Part shown: one piece after another, positions 1 through 12,389 of the stretch | Position numbering within the stretch: position 1 is the first letter of the stretch | Layout of the letters: each line of letters begins with the position of its first letter | Source: Malacoraja senta | Taxonomy: Eukaryota | Direction: 5' to 3' | Assembly: GCA_038087875.1 (NCBI GenBank) | Contig: CM075995.1 | Location: 1,180,001-1,244,000, forward strand | Length of the DNA: 64,000 nucleotides | The notes under the pieces: generated by a model | Database searches by the model: none | Told to the model about the DNA's origin: nothing | What the model saw: the letters and a program-made list of their open reading frames with translations, nothing else | Made by a program: the position numbers and the translations under genes

Positions 1-270
1 GTCATGGTTTATTCATAACAGACGACTCTGTAGTTTATGGACTGTTCCAAGGGACGCATTCAGAGATGGACATCGTACTGCTGGAAGGTCATCAACTCGG
101 TGAAAGACACTCTTTGGTCTGCCCGAACTTTGTTGACCTTCCAGCAGAGCGAGATGTCCATCAGGGAATGTTGCCGACTGGCCCACTCCAGACTGCAGGA
201 GTAAGTGACGCACTGAATGAAGCCTGGTTCAGCCGAGGCTCTGCGGTTGAGCAACAGCCTAGGGTCCTTC
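1..270 (+). mobile_element. Tx1-like non-LTR retrotransposon, degraded ORF2 C-terminal fragment
   Basis: Mixed-frame translation gives VYGLFQGTH...WKVINSVKDTLWSARTLLTFQQSEMSIRECCRLAHSRLQE, resembling the Tx1/L1-clade ORF2 C-terminus. Homologous to the minus-strand fragment at 30010-30490. Confidence 0.65.
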
Positions 271-574
271 CGCTGCTGCACATTGGGGGGTGGGGGAGAT
301 GGGGCAGGGGTGTGGTGGAGGCACCCCTCAAAATAAGGGATAGGATTTCACGCTGCGGAAACCAGTATTTTGAATTTATTTTGACACCTCTGGAGAGTTG
401 TAATGTATTGAGTTATCAACTATATCCAAACGTATTTTGATTCTGTCTTCTCTAAAAGGTGTTTTTTTAATCGGACGGAAATACTGAAATGTTTTCTGCG
501 TATAACAGGCCTGCACAACCTCTCGCAATGAACCAGCAGATCATTTCAGAAACATACTACACATAAATACACGA

Positions 575-690
575 GTCTAAAGAAGTGTCTCGACCCGAAA
601 CGTCACCCATTCCTGCTCTCCAGAGATGCTGTCTGTCCCGCTGAGTTACCACAGCATTGTGTCAGCCAGCATCTGCAGTTCCTTCCTAAA
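575..690 (+). mobile_element. Penelope-derived terminal repeat fragment with mutated hammerhead-like core
   Basis: CTAAAGAAGTGTCTCGACCCGAAACGTCACCCATTCC...GAGATGCTGTCTGTCCCGCTGAGTTAC matches the 3' end of the Penelope fragment at 39120-39600. Confidence 0.7.
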
Positions 691-843
691 CATTTCAGAA
701 TGTTTCGTTATTGCCTGTTAACTCAACAGTCCTCTCCAATCTTCCCGAGTTTCATAAAACAATATATTTTTTAAAGTTTTACTGTGACCTGAGCTCGAGT
801 TAGAAATTTCGCTCAGGTCTGCAGCAAAGATCTGTGATCTTTG

Positions 844-2175
844 ACTATCGACCTGTGGCACTAACGCCTGTGGTGATGAAGTGCTTTGAGAGGTTGATCA
901 TGACGCAGATCAACTCCTACCTCGACAAAAACCTGGACCCACTGCAGTTCGCTTACCGCCACAACAGATCAACGGTGGATGCGATCTCGCTGGCCCTCCA
1001 CTCCGCTCTGGACCACTTGGACAACAAAAACTCATATGTCAGGCTGTTATTCATCGATTACAGCTCGGCATTTAACACAATCATCCCCTCCAAGCTGGTT
1101 ACCAAACTCGCAGAACTGGGTCTCTGCGCATCCCTCTGCAATTGGATCCTCGACTTCCTCACTCTCAGACCACAGTCTGTTCGTATTGGTGGAAATGTGT
1201 CAGACTCGATAACAATTAGCACGGGAGCACCTCAAGGCTGCGTGCTCAGTCCCCTGCTGTATTCACTCTATACTCATGACTGCGTAGCCGGACATAGTGC
1301 GAACTCCATCATCAAGTTCGCTGATGACACCACTGTTGTGGGACGTATCACTGATGGGGATGAGTCAGAGTATAGAAGAGAGATCGAGCAACTGTCCATA
1401 TGGAGCCAGCACAACAACCTGGCCCTCAACACCAGCAAAACCAAGGAACTGATTGTGGACTTTGGAAGGAGTAGGATGGGGACCCACAGTCCCGTTTATA
1501 TCAACGGGTCGATGGTTGAAAGGGTCAAGAGCTTCAAATTCCTGGGCGTGCACATCTCTGAAGATCTTTCCTGGTCCGAGAACAATGATGCCATTATTAA
1601 GAAAGCACATCAGCGCCTCTACTTCCCGAGAAGATTACGGAGAGTCGGTTTGTCAAGGAGGACTCTCTCTAACTTCTACAGGTGCACAGTAGAGAGCATG
1701 CTGACCGGTTGCATCGTGGCTTGGTTCGGCAACTTGAGCGCCCTGGAGAGGAAAAGACTACAAAAAGTAGTAAACACTGCCCAGTCCATCATCGGCTCTG
1801 ACCTCCCTTCCATCGAGGGGATCTACCAGTCGCTGCCTCAAAAAGGCTGGCAGCATCATCAAGGACCCACACCATCCTGGCCACACACTCATCTCCCTAC
1901 TACCTTCAGGTAGAAGGTACAGGAGCCTGAAGACTGCAACGACCAGGTTCAGGAACAGCTACTTCCCCACAGCCATCAGGCTATTAAACCTGGCTCGGAC
2001 ATAACACTGAACTTTACTAGCCAATACTGTTATTTGCACTTTATCAGTATATTGACCATTGTTTATATATTTATAGAATGCCTTGTAGTAAATGCCTACT
2101 ATGTTCTGTTGTGCTCAAGCAAAGCAAGAATTTCATTGTCCTACCAGGGACACATGACAATAAACTCACTTGACT
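844..2175 (+). mobile_element. Rex1/Babar-type LINE, 5'-truncated, RT domain nearly intact
   Basis: ORF 834-1913 has [46 protein letters not shown]. Frameshift near 1827 before the RFRNSYFP-type tail. AATAAA plus (CTTGA)n end. Direct repeat TGATCTTTG at 835-843 and 2176-2184. Confidence 0.9.
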
Positions 2176-3974
2176 TGATCTTTGGTCTGCAGAATCCGCT
2201 CCAGCAGTTACCAAATTCTCGACGTAAGGTGGCGCCTACAGTGCGGGCGCCTCATGTTGCTCACCCGTTATCCTGCTCGTTATCCAAATGACCATCATTT
2301 AGAACAGGTTGCAACAAACAGCTCGTTTACAACAGGTTGCAACAGATCGAAGTTTCACACCCGGCATTAGATTCCGAAATTGGACTGGGTTTGGGGCCAG
2401 TATTACGAGGCGTCTCCGGCTTTTGTGGCAGTTAAGGTGTTTATAATATCTTGCGCAGTCTTTCCGAGGGAAAATAAATTGAGCACATTTACTTGGGGAC
2501 ATAAAGAATTGCATATGCTGGAATCTTGCGCTGAACATCTTCCGCTGGACTAACTCAGCAGGGAATGGAAAAGGTTCAACTTGATTCAACTCCACTGATC
2601 ATTTGTCAAGCTTTGTCCCCGCCCCGCCGGTCCGAAGAATCCCGACTTAAAACGTCGCTGATCCGTTCCCTCCACAGATACTGTCTGAACCGTTGAGTTT
2701 ATTCCAGCACTTCGTGTTTTGAACATATTTACTTGCCCGACAGAACACATCTGAATGAAGCCGGCAAAGACAGGCGAATTGTTCAACAAATAGGCAACAC
2801 AGGGGGAGGGAGGGCAATCACATCTGCTGCTATGGAAGCAAACAAAGTCGGAACCAAAGATAGGTCGGAACAAATCACCAGGAGTCAGAGCCAAAGATCT
2901 TTGGTCAGAGCGAGGTGGCTTTCGATTACATTAAGCGCCTAAAAGTTTGTCCTTCTGTATCATTTGTGCCCGTCACGTATGTAGCCAATACGAACTTGGC
3001 ATTTTCAGAGATTGAGTGGTGGGAAATTTAAAAATTGGTGAATTGTCCACGTCAACCCTGTTAACGGTAAAGGGCGAGGCAGGAAAATCAAATCTAAAGA
3101 ACAACATTTGGATTATATTTGAGAGGGTCGGCGGCCACCGGGAAAACGTTTGGACCCCATGGATTTGGTGGAAACTTGAATCTGAAAGAAAAGTTGGAAT
3201 AAAAAATCAAGGAAAACAGTTTAGCAATTTTAATAAATAGGTGAAGATTTTGCATAACAAGTTATCTGCCAACGAGGAAATGAATATTCGTCAATGGACA
3301 AGCCAGAATCAATACATTTTAGTAGAAATTTGTGAGGTGGTATTTCATTTGGTGACTGCTCAATTTAGCAGATCGCAAGGACAGATATTAATAAATATGT
3401 CAGCGTGAATCTTTATTACAATGTGGATAATTTAAAGTTAATGATATTCAGGGTTATTTCAGGCGTTCAAAACTTAGACAACATTTTTCATTTTAACAAT
3501 CACGTTCAGTTTGTAACGGCAAACCTGTTAAGTATTTCTCCGTCGGTGTACCGACCGTTCAGAAATGCACACCCAATATGTCTCGGTTAAAACACACCAT
3601 TATAAGTGTGTAGATGACTTGTAATATATATTGTTTGATTATTCCAAACAGTTTCCTGTTAATAGTGGCTTTTAAAAGGCTTGAAAAAAGAAAAAAAAGT
3701 GTTGCAAATCTGAGATGAAAACAGAAAATGCTACAAAGATCATGGATCAGATTTTTTACCCGTTTCAGATTCCACAAATATAGCCAGCATTTCCTGTTTG
3801 GTTGAGGCTAGTTTTTTTTTTAAAGTGCACAAATAGCAAAATGAAAGCATGCAGGAAAAGGAGCAAGAAAAATAAACACATTGATAATTAAAATAAATGT
3901 TATTCCACCAGCCTTGCTGTAAAGTAACGCCATTTTCCAACAGACATTCTTTTGGTGTAGTTTTGCCCTCGTCT

Positions 3975-4600
3975 TCATGTCGCACCGCCTTTTTTTCGTG
4001 GTAGGACAGAAACCCCTGACCGCCCGGTCCATGTCAGGCGCCTGACTTCTGGCGCTGTGAGTTTGGACACGGTTTCATTTTCCTCTTCTCCCCCCACCGT
4101 GGGTATTCCCGCCCACTTTACAGCTCCGATTAGCAGCAGCAGCAAGCAACTCGCAAGTGCAAGTAACTCTCAACCGAAGATAACTTTTTTTTTTTTGCTT
4201 TGAAACGGAGAAGGAGGAAGAGAAATAAAAACAAAGTAGTTTGTATTTGTGTTAAGTGGACGCCTGCGCTGCTCCATGGCGTGGCCGTGCTGAGCCCCGG
4301 GCGCTCGGCGACTGCAGTGTCAGTGTCAGTGTGGTCTCCTCTCCTCACTGTGCCGGCTGTGTGTTGTTACTGCTGCTGCTGCTGCTGCCAGAGGGGTGTT
4401 TGCTCCATCATGGCGCGCTGCTGCCTGTCCGACGAGGACAAGGAGTCCCAGCGGATCAACGCCGAGATCGAGAGGCAGCTGCGGAGGGACAAGAAGGACG
4501 CCCGCAGGGAACTCAAGCTGCTGCTGCTGGGTGAGTGAGTGAGTGAGTGAGTGGCGGAGCCGCGCTGTTGTTGGGAGTTAAACCTGAGACCGGCAACGCT
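3975..4600 (+). promoter_or_regulatory. CpG-rich promoter/5'UTR region of the G-alpha gene
   Basis: GC and CpG density visibly higher than the AT-rich flanks. Sp/KLF-like CCCGCCCAC at 4108-4116. Transcription start not determinable. Confidence 0.6.
4410..4530 (+). CDS. GNA14: G protein subunit alpha, Gq family (most like alpha-14), coding exon 1
   Basis: [40 protein letters not shown](G), strong Kozak ATCATGG, phase-1 donor G|GTGAGT at the position typical of Gq-family exon 1. KESQRI, AEIE and RDKKD match GNA14 rather than GNAQ (KEARRINDEIE, RDKRD), and the MTLES extension is absent. Confidence 0.85.
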
Positions 4601-5330
4601 GTCCCTACTTCCCACCTACACTACACACCAAACAAACTCCTCTCTCACTTTCGGCTGCCTTGCACTAATCTTGCGTTCGGTCATCTTTTTTTCTTGTCGA
4701 CTTCTGCAGGCCCGAATCCCCTTTTGGTTTCCTTTCCTTCAATTTCCCCTCCTATTTCCCATCAACTTGATAAATAATTCAGTAAATGTTGCCAAGTAAG
4801 TGAGATTACGTTTTTTTTTTTAATAAGCCGAAAGTGGAAGCGAGCGGCACTTTGCATGGTGGTGGTCATTTGGCCGTCCTCTTCCTCCCTCCTCCCCAGG
4901 GCTTTCCTAGCCGAGCAGAGTTGAAGTTAATGAAAGTTGGCGGCCTGGTCTTGCCTCCTGTAACGTGATTCCCCACCCAGGTTGTAACAGAATGTGGATA
5001 GATTGTCCAGGCTTGTGCTGGTAATGGTTTAACATGTCGATTAAATATAAAAGAAGTCGTAGTGTTGTTGCTACTCCTTGCTTTCCTTTTACTCTCCAGC
5101 ATTGAAGTTATTTCAGAGTAAATGAACCTGTTTTCTACTCAGACTTATTGCACTGCAGACAGGTGTCTACATTTCGATTCAATTGGTAACTGGGATTACT
5201 GCTCCAACAACATCGCTGACAATTACATGATGAGTGTCTCAGCCTTTAATTTACTTTAGTGCTTCACAAAGTGGATGGACGTGATGGGTGTGGCGATGTG
5301 CAAGTCGGAGCATAATGATTTCCTTGATTT

Positions 5331-6058
5331 AACCATATAACCATAACAGCACGGAAACGGGCCATCTCGGCCCTTCAAGTCCGTGCCGAACATTTTTTTT
5401 TTTTTTTTTTTAATTAAAAATAAATACTTCCCCCTAGTCCCATCTACCTGCACTCAGACCATAACCCTCCATTCCTTTCCCGTCCATATACCCATCCAAT
5501 CTATTTTTAAAGGATAACATCGAACCTGCCTCCACCACTTCCACTGGAAGCTCATTCCACACAGCTACCACTCTCTGAGTAAAGAAGTTCCCCCTAATGT
5601 TCCCCCTAAACTTCTGTCCCTTAATTCTCAAGTCATGTCCCCTTGTTTGAATCTTCCCTACTCTCAATGGGAAAAGCTTATCCACGTCCACTCTGTCTAA
5701 CCCGCTCATAATTTTAAAGACCTCTATCAAGTCCCCTCTTAACCTTCTGCGCTCCAAAGAATAAAGACCTAACTTGTTCAACCTTTCTCTGTAACTTAGT
5801 TGCTGAAACCCAGGCAACATTCTAGTAAATCTCCTCTGTACTCTCTCTATTTTGTTGACATCCTTCCTATAATTAGGCGACCAAAATTGTACTCCATACT
5901 CCAGAATTGGCCTCACCAATGCCTTGTACAATTTTAACATTACATCCCAACTTCTATATTCAATGCTCTGATTTATAAAGGCCAGCACACCAAAAGCTTT
6001 CTTTACCACCCTATCTACATGAGATTCCACCTTCAGGGAACTATGCACAGTTATTCCT
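5331..6058 (-). mobile_element. CR1 LINE 3' fragment
   Basis: ORF 5434-6048: LYKALVRPILEYGVQFWSP, LYSLERRRLRGDLIEVFK, FFTQRVVAVWNELP, followed by a CR1-type 3' tail. Confidence 0.92.
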
Positions 6059-7789
6059 ATTCTTATTTCGATATCTTGTTTTAATTGCTTTCATTGGTCT
6101 ACCAAATTGGTTCTTCCCTTTTAAAATTTGGCATTCATTATTTAAAAAACTGTCTTTCGCACAAACCCACCTGTAATTTTTATTTGTCAAATGCATTTAA
6201 AATATGAACCTCTTAATTTACCTTAGGAAAAAATGTACATTAAAATCTGGCAGAACAAGTCATTTACTAATTTCCCCCATGAGGTTGCATTAAGGAAAGT
6301 TCGACTGTCCAAGTCAGCAGAAGTGGGTTTTCTTACCAAACTGCTTCCCTTTACTTCATATAGGTGTTCTTGATTAAGGAGTACGTTTTAACCTGTTTTG
6401 AACAAAAAAGCCCCACATTATTCAGGTTATCAAATTTTCTATTTGATATTCTGGATAGGATTGTGTTATTATTAGAGGCTTTCCCAATGGGCCAATTGCT
6501 TAATTTAGCCAGTTCTTGATCAGTTAGAACCAGAATGATTCTGTTAATCCAAGATCCGTACTGTTGAAAATAAAACAAAATGCAACTGTTGGATATCTGA
6601 AATAAAACCAGAAAATGCTGGAAACACCCAGCAAGTCGGGCTGCAAGTGTGGAAAGAGAAACAGAGTTAATGCTTCGGGTCTAATCATTTCCAGCATTTT
6701 TTTGTTTTTATCTTTAGAGTAGGTTAATCTTCGGGTGGATATGATCCACTATCATTCATTTACACATGTTGGGGATAAAATTGACAATACTTGAGTACTG
6801 TTCTGGAAACTTGAGAAAACTTAAAATTATGCTCATGCACAATGCAGTGAATTTTTTGCCAAAATACATACAGGTACATCAGAGGCGAGGAGCTAAGTGG
6901 GAGAGGAAAAAGCTATTTGATAGTCGATCATCAACCAACAGTAAAACAATGAAAATAAAAAAAATAACCCGCAGCTGTTGTAATTCCTGAAATAAAGCAG
7001 AAAAAGCTGGAAATACTCAACTAGTAAGGCAGCATTTGTGTAAAGAGAAACTGACAACGTTTTGGGCCAAAGACCCCTCATCAGCACCTTGTAGTTTAGT
7101 TGCCTTTTTGATGACTGCAAAGACTGCATTGTAAGTTTAGAGTTATCAGGTAACTACTTCCAGGAGCTGAAGTGGGAGAGACAGAAGGAACGTGATACAG
7201 TGAGGAGGTGACCCTGGCTATAGAGGGGAAATTGACCAGTGTTTCTGCTTCACCCATGTGCCAGAAATGTAGGTTTTTGTCTGGGGCTCATGATGGACGA
7301 GTTTGCAGACACTTCCTATTCACGAAGTTAATATTTGGCAAGATGACACAAATTATCTGGTTGATGTGGAATAATATCCTGCAACACAGAGAGACAATTG
7401 AAGTGAAATGAAAAATAATGTGTTATGTCGGTTTTTTTGAAGATCAACTCTTTGAAATGGAATTAAGCAGGAAACAAATTAGAAAGCCAGCTGTCATTTA
7501 CCTTTCTCACCCATAGTTGTTTCCAGCTGATGAATGAAGGACTGGTAATGAGTTACATATTCACGCTGTGGTATGGAAACATGGCAGAGAGATTTCTGGA
7601 GTACCATGTATGTGAATCAGCAAGAAATCAAGCTATCAATATATGTTCAGACCCGTGTAGTGATGGAGATCACAATAATTGTGCGCTTGGGAGTTGTATT
7701 TAAAGGAAAATTATTTTATCTATGATCATAGTGGAAAACAATGGCCTCTGCAGGATGATGTAGAAATCGTATCAAGATACTATTAGTCA

Positions 7790-8355
7790 TGGAGTGTCAT
7801 AGAGTGATACAGTGTGGAAACAGGCCCTTCGGCCCAACTCGCCAACAATGTCCCAGTTTCACTAGTCCCACTTGCCTGCACTTGGTCCATATCCCTCCAA
7901 ACCTGTCCTATCCATGTACCTATCTAACTGGTGCTTAAACGATGGGATAGTCCCAGCTTCAACTACCTCCTCTGGCAGCTTGTTCCATACACCCACCACC
8001 CTTTATGTGAAAAAGTTACCCCTCGGATTCCTATTAAATCCTTTCCCCTTCACCTTGAAATCTTGCCCTGTATGTTATAATTCAAATCATTGATGTAGAT
8101 GACAAACAGTAACGGGCCCAGCACCGAACCCTGTCACGAGTCGCAGACATCCAGTCTGAGAAGCAACCTTCCACCATCACCCTCTGCTTCCTTCCATGGA
8201 GCCAATTTGATATCCATTCGGCTATTTCTCCTTGGATCGGATGTGATCTAACCTTCCAGAGCAGCCTATCATGTGGAACCTTGTCAAACGCCTTACTAAA
8301 GTCCATGTACACAACATCTACAGCTCTGCCCTCATCAACCTTTTTGGTCACGTCT
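7790..8355 (-). mobile_element. CR1 LINE fragments (RT piece plus 3' tail)
   Basis: VDEGRAVDVVYMDFSKAFDKVPH in ORF 8082-8378; CR1 tail at about 7790-8060. Confidence 0.85.
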
Positions 8356-8686
8356 TCGCTGGCTTGAAAGTGTAACATTTGCAGCTCTTTATTATTCTAC
8401 CATATTTTTCAAAGGCAGGGTCTGCATTCTTTTTAATTTGCTGTCATATTTTCTAAATTGTATGATGCAAGATTTTAATGACAGAAGTAAAACTAATATA
8501 ATCAAAATGGCAACAGATACAAATAGCAATCAGCATAAACTTGGATGACTCAGAAGTGCAAAGTGCCGAAGTGTGACTAAAATAGTAATAGCCAGTGGAA
8601 CACGTGTGTTGCTCACTATTCATGTTATATTTTGAAAGCATTAATCTTGCCTGTTTCCGTTGAAATTTACTACTTAAGCTTGCCAT

Positions 8687-9200
8687 GTTATTCCTAATTT
8701 GAGGAAGGACATTCTTGCTATTGAGGGAGTGCAGCGTAGGTTTACAAGGTTAATTCCCGGGATGGCGGGAGTCATATGCTGAGAGAATGGAGCGGCTGGG
8801 CTTGTACACTCTGGAGTGTACAGAAGGATGAGAGGGAATTTCATTGAAACATATAAGATTGTTAAGTGTTTGGACACGCTAGAGGCAGGAAACATGTTCC
8901 CGATGTTGGGGGAGTCCAGAACCAGGGACCACAGTTTAAGAATAAGGAGTAAACCATTTAGAACGGAGACGAGGAAACACTTTTTCTCACAGAGAGTTGT
9001 GAGTCTGTGGAATTCTCTGCCTCAGAGGGCAGTGGAGGCTGGATGGTTTCAAGAGAGAGCTAGATAGGGCTCTTAAAAATAGTGGAGTCAGGGGATATGG
9101 GGAGAAGGCAGGAACGGGGTACTGATTGGGGATGATCAGCCATGATCACATTAAATGGCGGTGCTGGCTCGAAGGCCAACTCCTGCACCTATTGTCTATT
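8687..9200 (+). mobile_element. CR1 LINE 3' fragment
   Basis: RRMRGNFIETYKI...FFSQRVVSLWNSLP and tail CCTGCACCTATTGTCTATTG. Confidence 0.9.
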
Positions 9201-10354
9201 GCCCACTAGGCATTAAGCTTTAAAAGTAATTTCTTGTATTTTAGATTCAATATGTCATGCTTTGATTTATTTTTTAGCAATTTTACTATGATTAATGGTT
9301 TAATGTGGTGCCTTAAAAATACTAAATGCTCTATGATGCACATGCTTACATGAACATAATTGCATTTGCTTTAAATAATAGGTGGCACCTACATTTATCC
9401 TTCTGTAAATAAAATGTATATGCATGGAATTCCAGGAGAATTGATTTCAACATGAAAATGGGCAAAATGAATGAGTAAAATAACAATGTTTTAATTATCT
9501 GTTGTCTACATAATAATGAATGATGACTAAACATTTGTGGCTGCTTAAATCTTTAAAATGGTCTGTTGGTCACGAGGTGTAATGTATTTTGATGGGTGGT
9601 TTATAATGGACTTCACTACCTTCTACATTTAATTTTAAGACTAGATATTCCCATTTATTGTTGCACCAAAATGGGAAGCTAATGCACGATATAGGTGTGG
9701 TGTCAGTGTAGGCATGTTACACATGTGTGTCCTGTTGTCCAGTTCTGAATTGTCAGATTTATTGTGTGTTGACTGTCTCGTTGTAAAGGAAACTGTCACC
9801 GAGATTGTTGAAAGTTCGCAGTTCATATATATAGCGCTAATTCTCAGTGTTTGTTAGAGCCACATGGTAAATTGATGAGATAGGGATTTTGAAGAATTTA
9901 AGAAATAGGGATTTTGAAGAATGACAATTAGTAAAGTAGATGTGTTAAATTGGGTCAAGAGGAGGAAAATGCTGGAAGGGTTGGGAGAGAAATGCAGCGT
10001 GATTTCTGTGACTAGTATTATTAGTGCGGTCTGTGGGTTGCAAAATGGCAGACAAAAGTCATAAGAATTTATTGTTTAAGGAAATGTTTTAGATTAGGCA
10101 AATTATAGCAGTGCAGAAGGGTTAGGATGGATTTTAAGACAGAAAATTAAATCACTGGAAATCAACAACAGTCAGTGAGACTCTTTGATAGGTTAGAAAC
10201 TAACTTGTTTTAAACTAAGCTCGAGAATTACAATTTGTGGTAAATATGTACCTTGAGAAAGCATTTGTTGTAAATATGTACCTTGAGATCCCAGGTCATT
10301 TATAGACATGCTTTGGAAGTACAATATATGTATTCCTGGTATATTCCAACCAAC

Positions 10355-10420
10355 ATTTTCCTTCGCTCCATAGATGCTGCTGCACCCGCTGAGTTTCTCC
10401 AGCATTTTTGTGTACCTTCG
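10355..10420 (+). mobile_element. Penelope terminal-repeat fragment inside a composite insertion
   Basis: TTTCCTTCGCTCCATAGATGCTGCTGCACCCGCTGAGTTTCTCCAGCATTTTTGTGTACC is identical to 63585-63644. Confidence 0.8.
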
Positions 10421-11376
10421 AGAATTACAATCACTGCTTGAGTCTAATTCATTAGTTGTGAAAGGTAATAGTTCGTTCTGAAGAAGCAGAGTTTTCAAAT
10501 GGACGGAAGATGATACTTTAATATTATGGTGCAGTGGGATGAATTTCTTGGGATGAATATCCGATAGCATCTTGACAGCTTAAAGTAGAGAGATGGAAAT
10601 GTGAATGCAAAGAGCAAGATTTAGGATTCATTCATTGGCAAGAGCTTCCGTTTCATTTCTGGAGAAAATAAAGTAAATTTATTTTTCAAAAATCTTTTTT
10701 TTCTGTTAATTTGTATCTTTGCTATGTGAGATTATTGTTTCAAATTTGTGTTGAGTAAAGTTGCAAAACGAAAGCATTTGTGGTAAATATGTACCTTGAG
10801 ATCCCAGGTCATTTATAGACATGCTTTGGAAGTACAATACATGTATTCCTGGTATATTCCAACCAACATTACATTTTGTGTTTACATATTTTAAAGTTCC
10901 ATATTTTATGCAATTGGAATTTAATCAAGAATTCATTCAGAGTTCATTATTTTTTATTGTTCTTAAACAAGGGTGACAGATACTGCATATTTCACCTGTG
11001 CCCATAAATGTATCACAAATTGAATAGGGAAAACATTTGCTGGAATCTGCCAGATTAGTTAGTTATGGCTGTTTGGTGATAAAGCTGATTGTTAGTCAAG
11101 GTAAGCCAAGCTACTGTTGGCATCCATTTAAAATTGACAAATTAAAAATAGGAAAGGTAGTGATGACAACATTGATATTTTTTTTAAAGGCAATAAAGAT
11201 TGATAGCTACTTTTTTTCTATATACTAATGTCACTGAATGAATATTGCACGTGTAACTGCATTTGGAAGTTAATCTAAGCATTTGGAAGTTTATCTAAGC
11301 ATTTGAAATAATTTTAACTATTGATGACCTGCTGAGTTACTCCAGTACTTAGTGTCTCTGTTTGAATCCCACACAC

Positions 11377-11883
11377 GGGCAGCACAGTGGTGCAGAGGTA
11401 GAGCTACTGCCATAAAGCGCCAGAGACCCAGGTTTAATCCTGACTACGGGTGCTGTCCGTCCGGAGTTGTACGTTATTCCCGTGACCTGCGTGAGTTTTC
11501 TCCGAGGTCATCGGTTTCTTCCCATTCTCAAGATGCACAGGTTTGTTGGTTAATTGTCCCTAGTGTCTGTAGGGTAGTGTTAAGGGCCTGTCCCACTTGC
11601 TGATTTTGCTGGCGTCATATCAGTGTCGCCAAAAGATTTTGAACATTTCAAAATCCAGCGGCGACAAAAAAATGTTGCGACACTTGAAAAAACACCGCGC
11701 ATCATACGTCATCAGCCACGTATTTTTCGGTGACCTGATCCGTCAGTCAATGATGCCGGCAGTCGCCGAAAAAATCGCCAAGTGGGACAGGCCTTTTCGT
11801 GTGCCGGGATCGCTGGTCTGTGTGGACTCGATGGGATGAAGGGCCTGTTTCCGTGCTGTATCTCTAAATTAAACTAAACGAAA
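11377..11883 (+). mobile_element. tRNA-derived SINE (HE1/V-SINE-like) interrupted by a MITE
   Basis: Box A-like TGGTGCAGAGG, box B-like GGTTTAATCC, shared core, GGGCCTGTTTCC...(AAACT)n tail. Confidence 0.85.
11584..11794. mobile_element. MITE, PIF/Harbinger-like, about 210 bp
   Basis: Terminal inverted repeats (TIRs) GGGCCTGTCCCACTTG / CAAGTGGGACAGGCCT, preceded by TAA. Splits the SINE body. Confidence 0.8.
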
Positions 11884-12389
11884 TAAGCAGTCTGAATCAT
11901 TAAAAAAAAAAAAACCATTGGAAATAAAAAGGGTGATCTCTATAAATTAAACATGAATTTATGCATGTTCTATTTCATTAACTTCCTTTATAGAGAAGGA
12001 AACCTGTTATCCATGTTAGTCACTTTGATCTCATACCAATGTAGTTGACTCTGGATCACTCATCTACAAACCCATAAAAATTTTATTTCATTAAGTTTTG
12101 GGAGGAGTTTCTGCTTTTTGGTTTTCTCGCATCTGCATTCTTTTGATTTTCAACTCTTCATTGTTGTAGAATCAATATGCCTGAGCTTACCACCCAACAG
12201 CACCTCGGTTACACAGGCCCTGATTCAAGAAGCCATTTATATGTCTTGGGGACAATTAGGGGTGGCTGATAGTTTGTTATTTTAGTGCAATGAGATTATG
12301 GGAAGAAATGGGAAAACAGCATAAATATTGTCAAAACAGCATGTTTCTACTTTAAATCGTACAATAAATGTTTAGCTCGTAGCAGCCAT

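Noticed and set aside
4410..4530. GNAQ or GNA11 as the gene identity
   Set aside because: No upstream in-frame ATG for MTLES, and diagnostic residues (SQRI, AEIE, DKKD) favour GNA14. Not fully excluded without more exons.
11377..11450. tRNA genes at SINE heads
   Set aside because: Box A/B are present but each continues into SINE core and tail; no clean cloverleaf.
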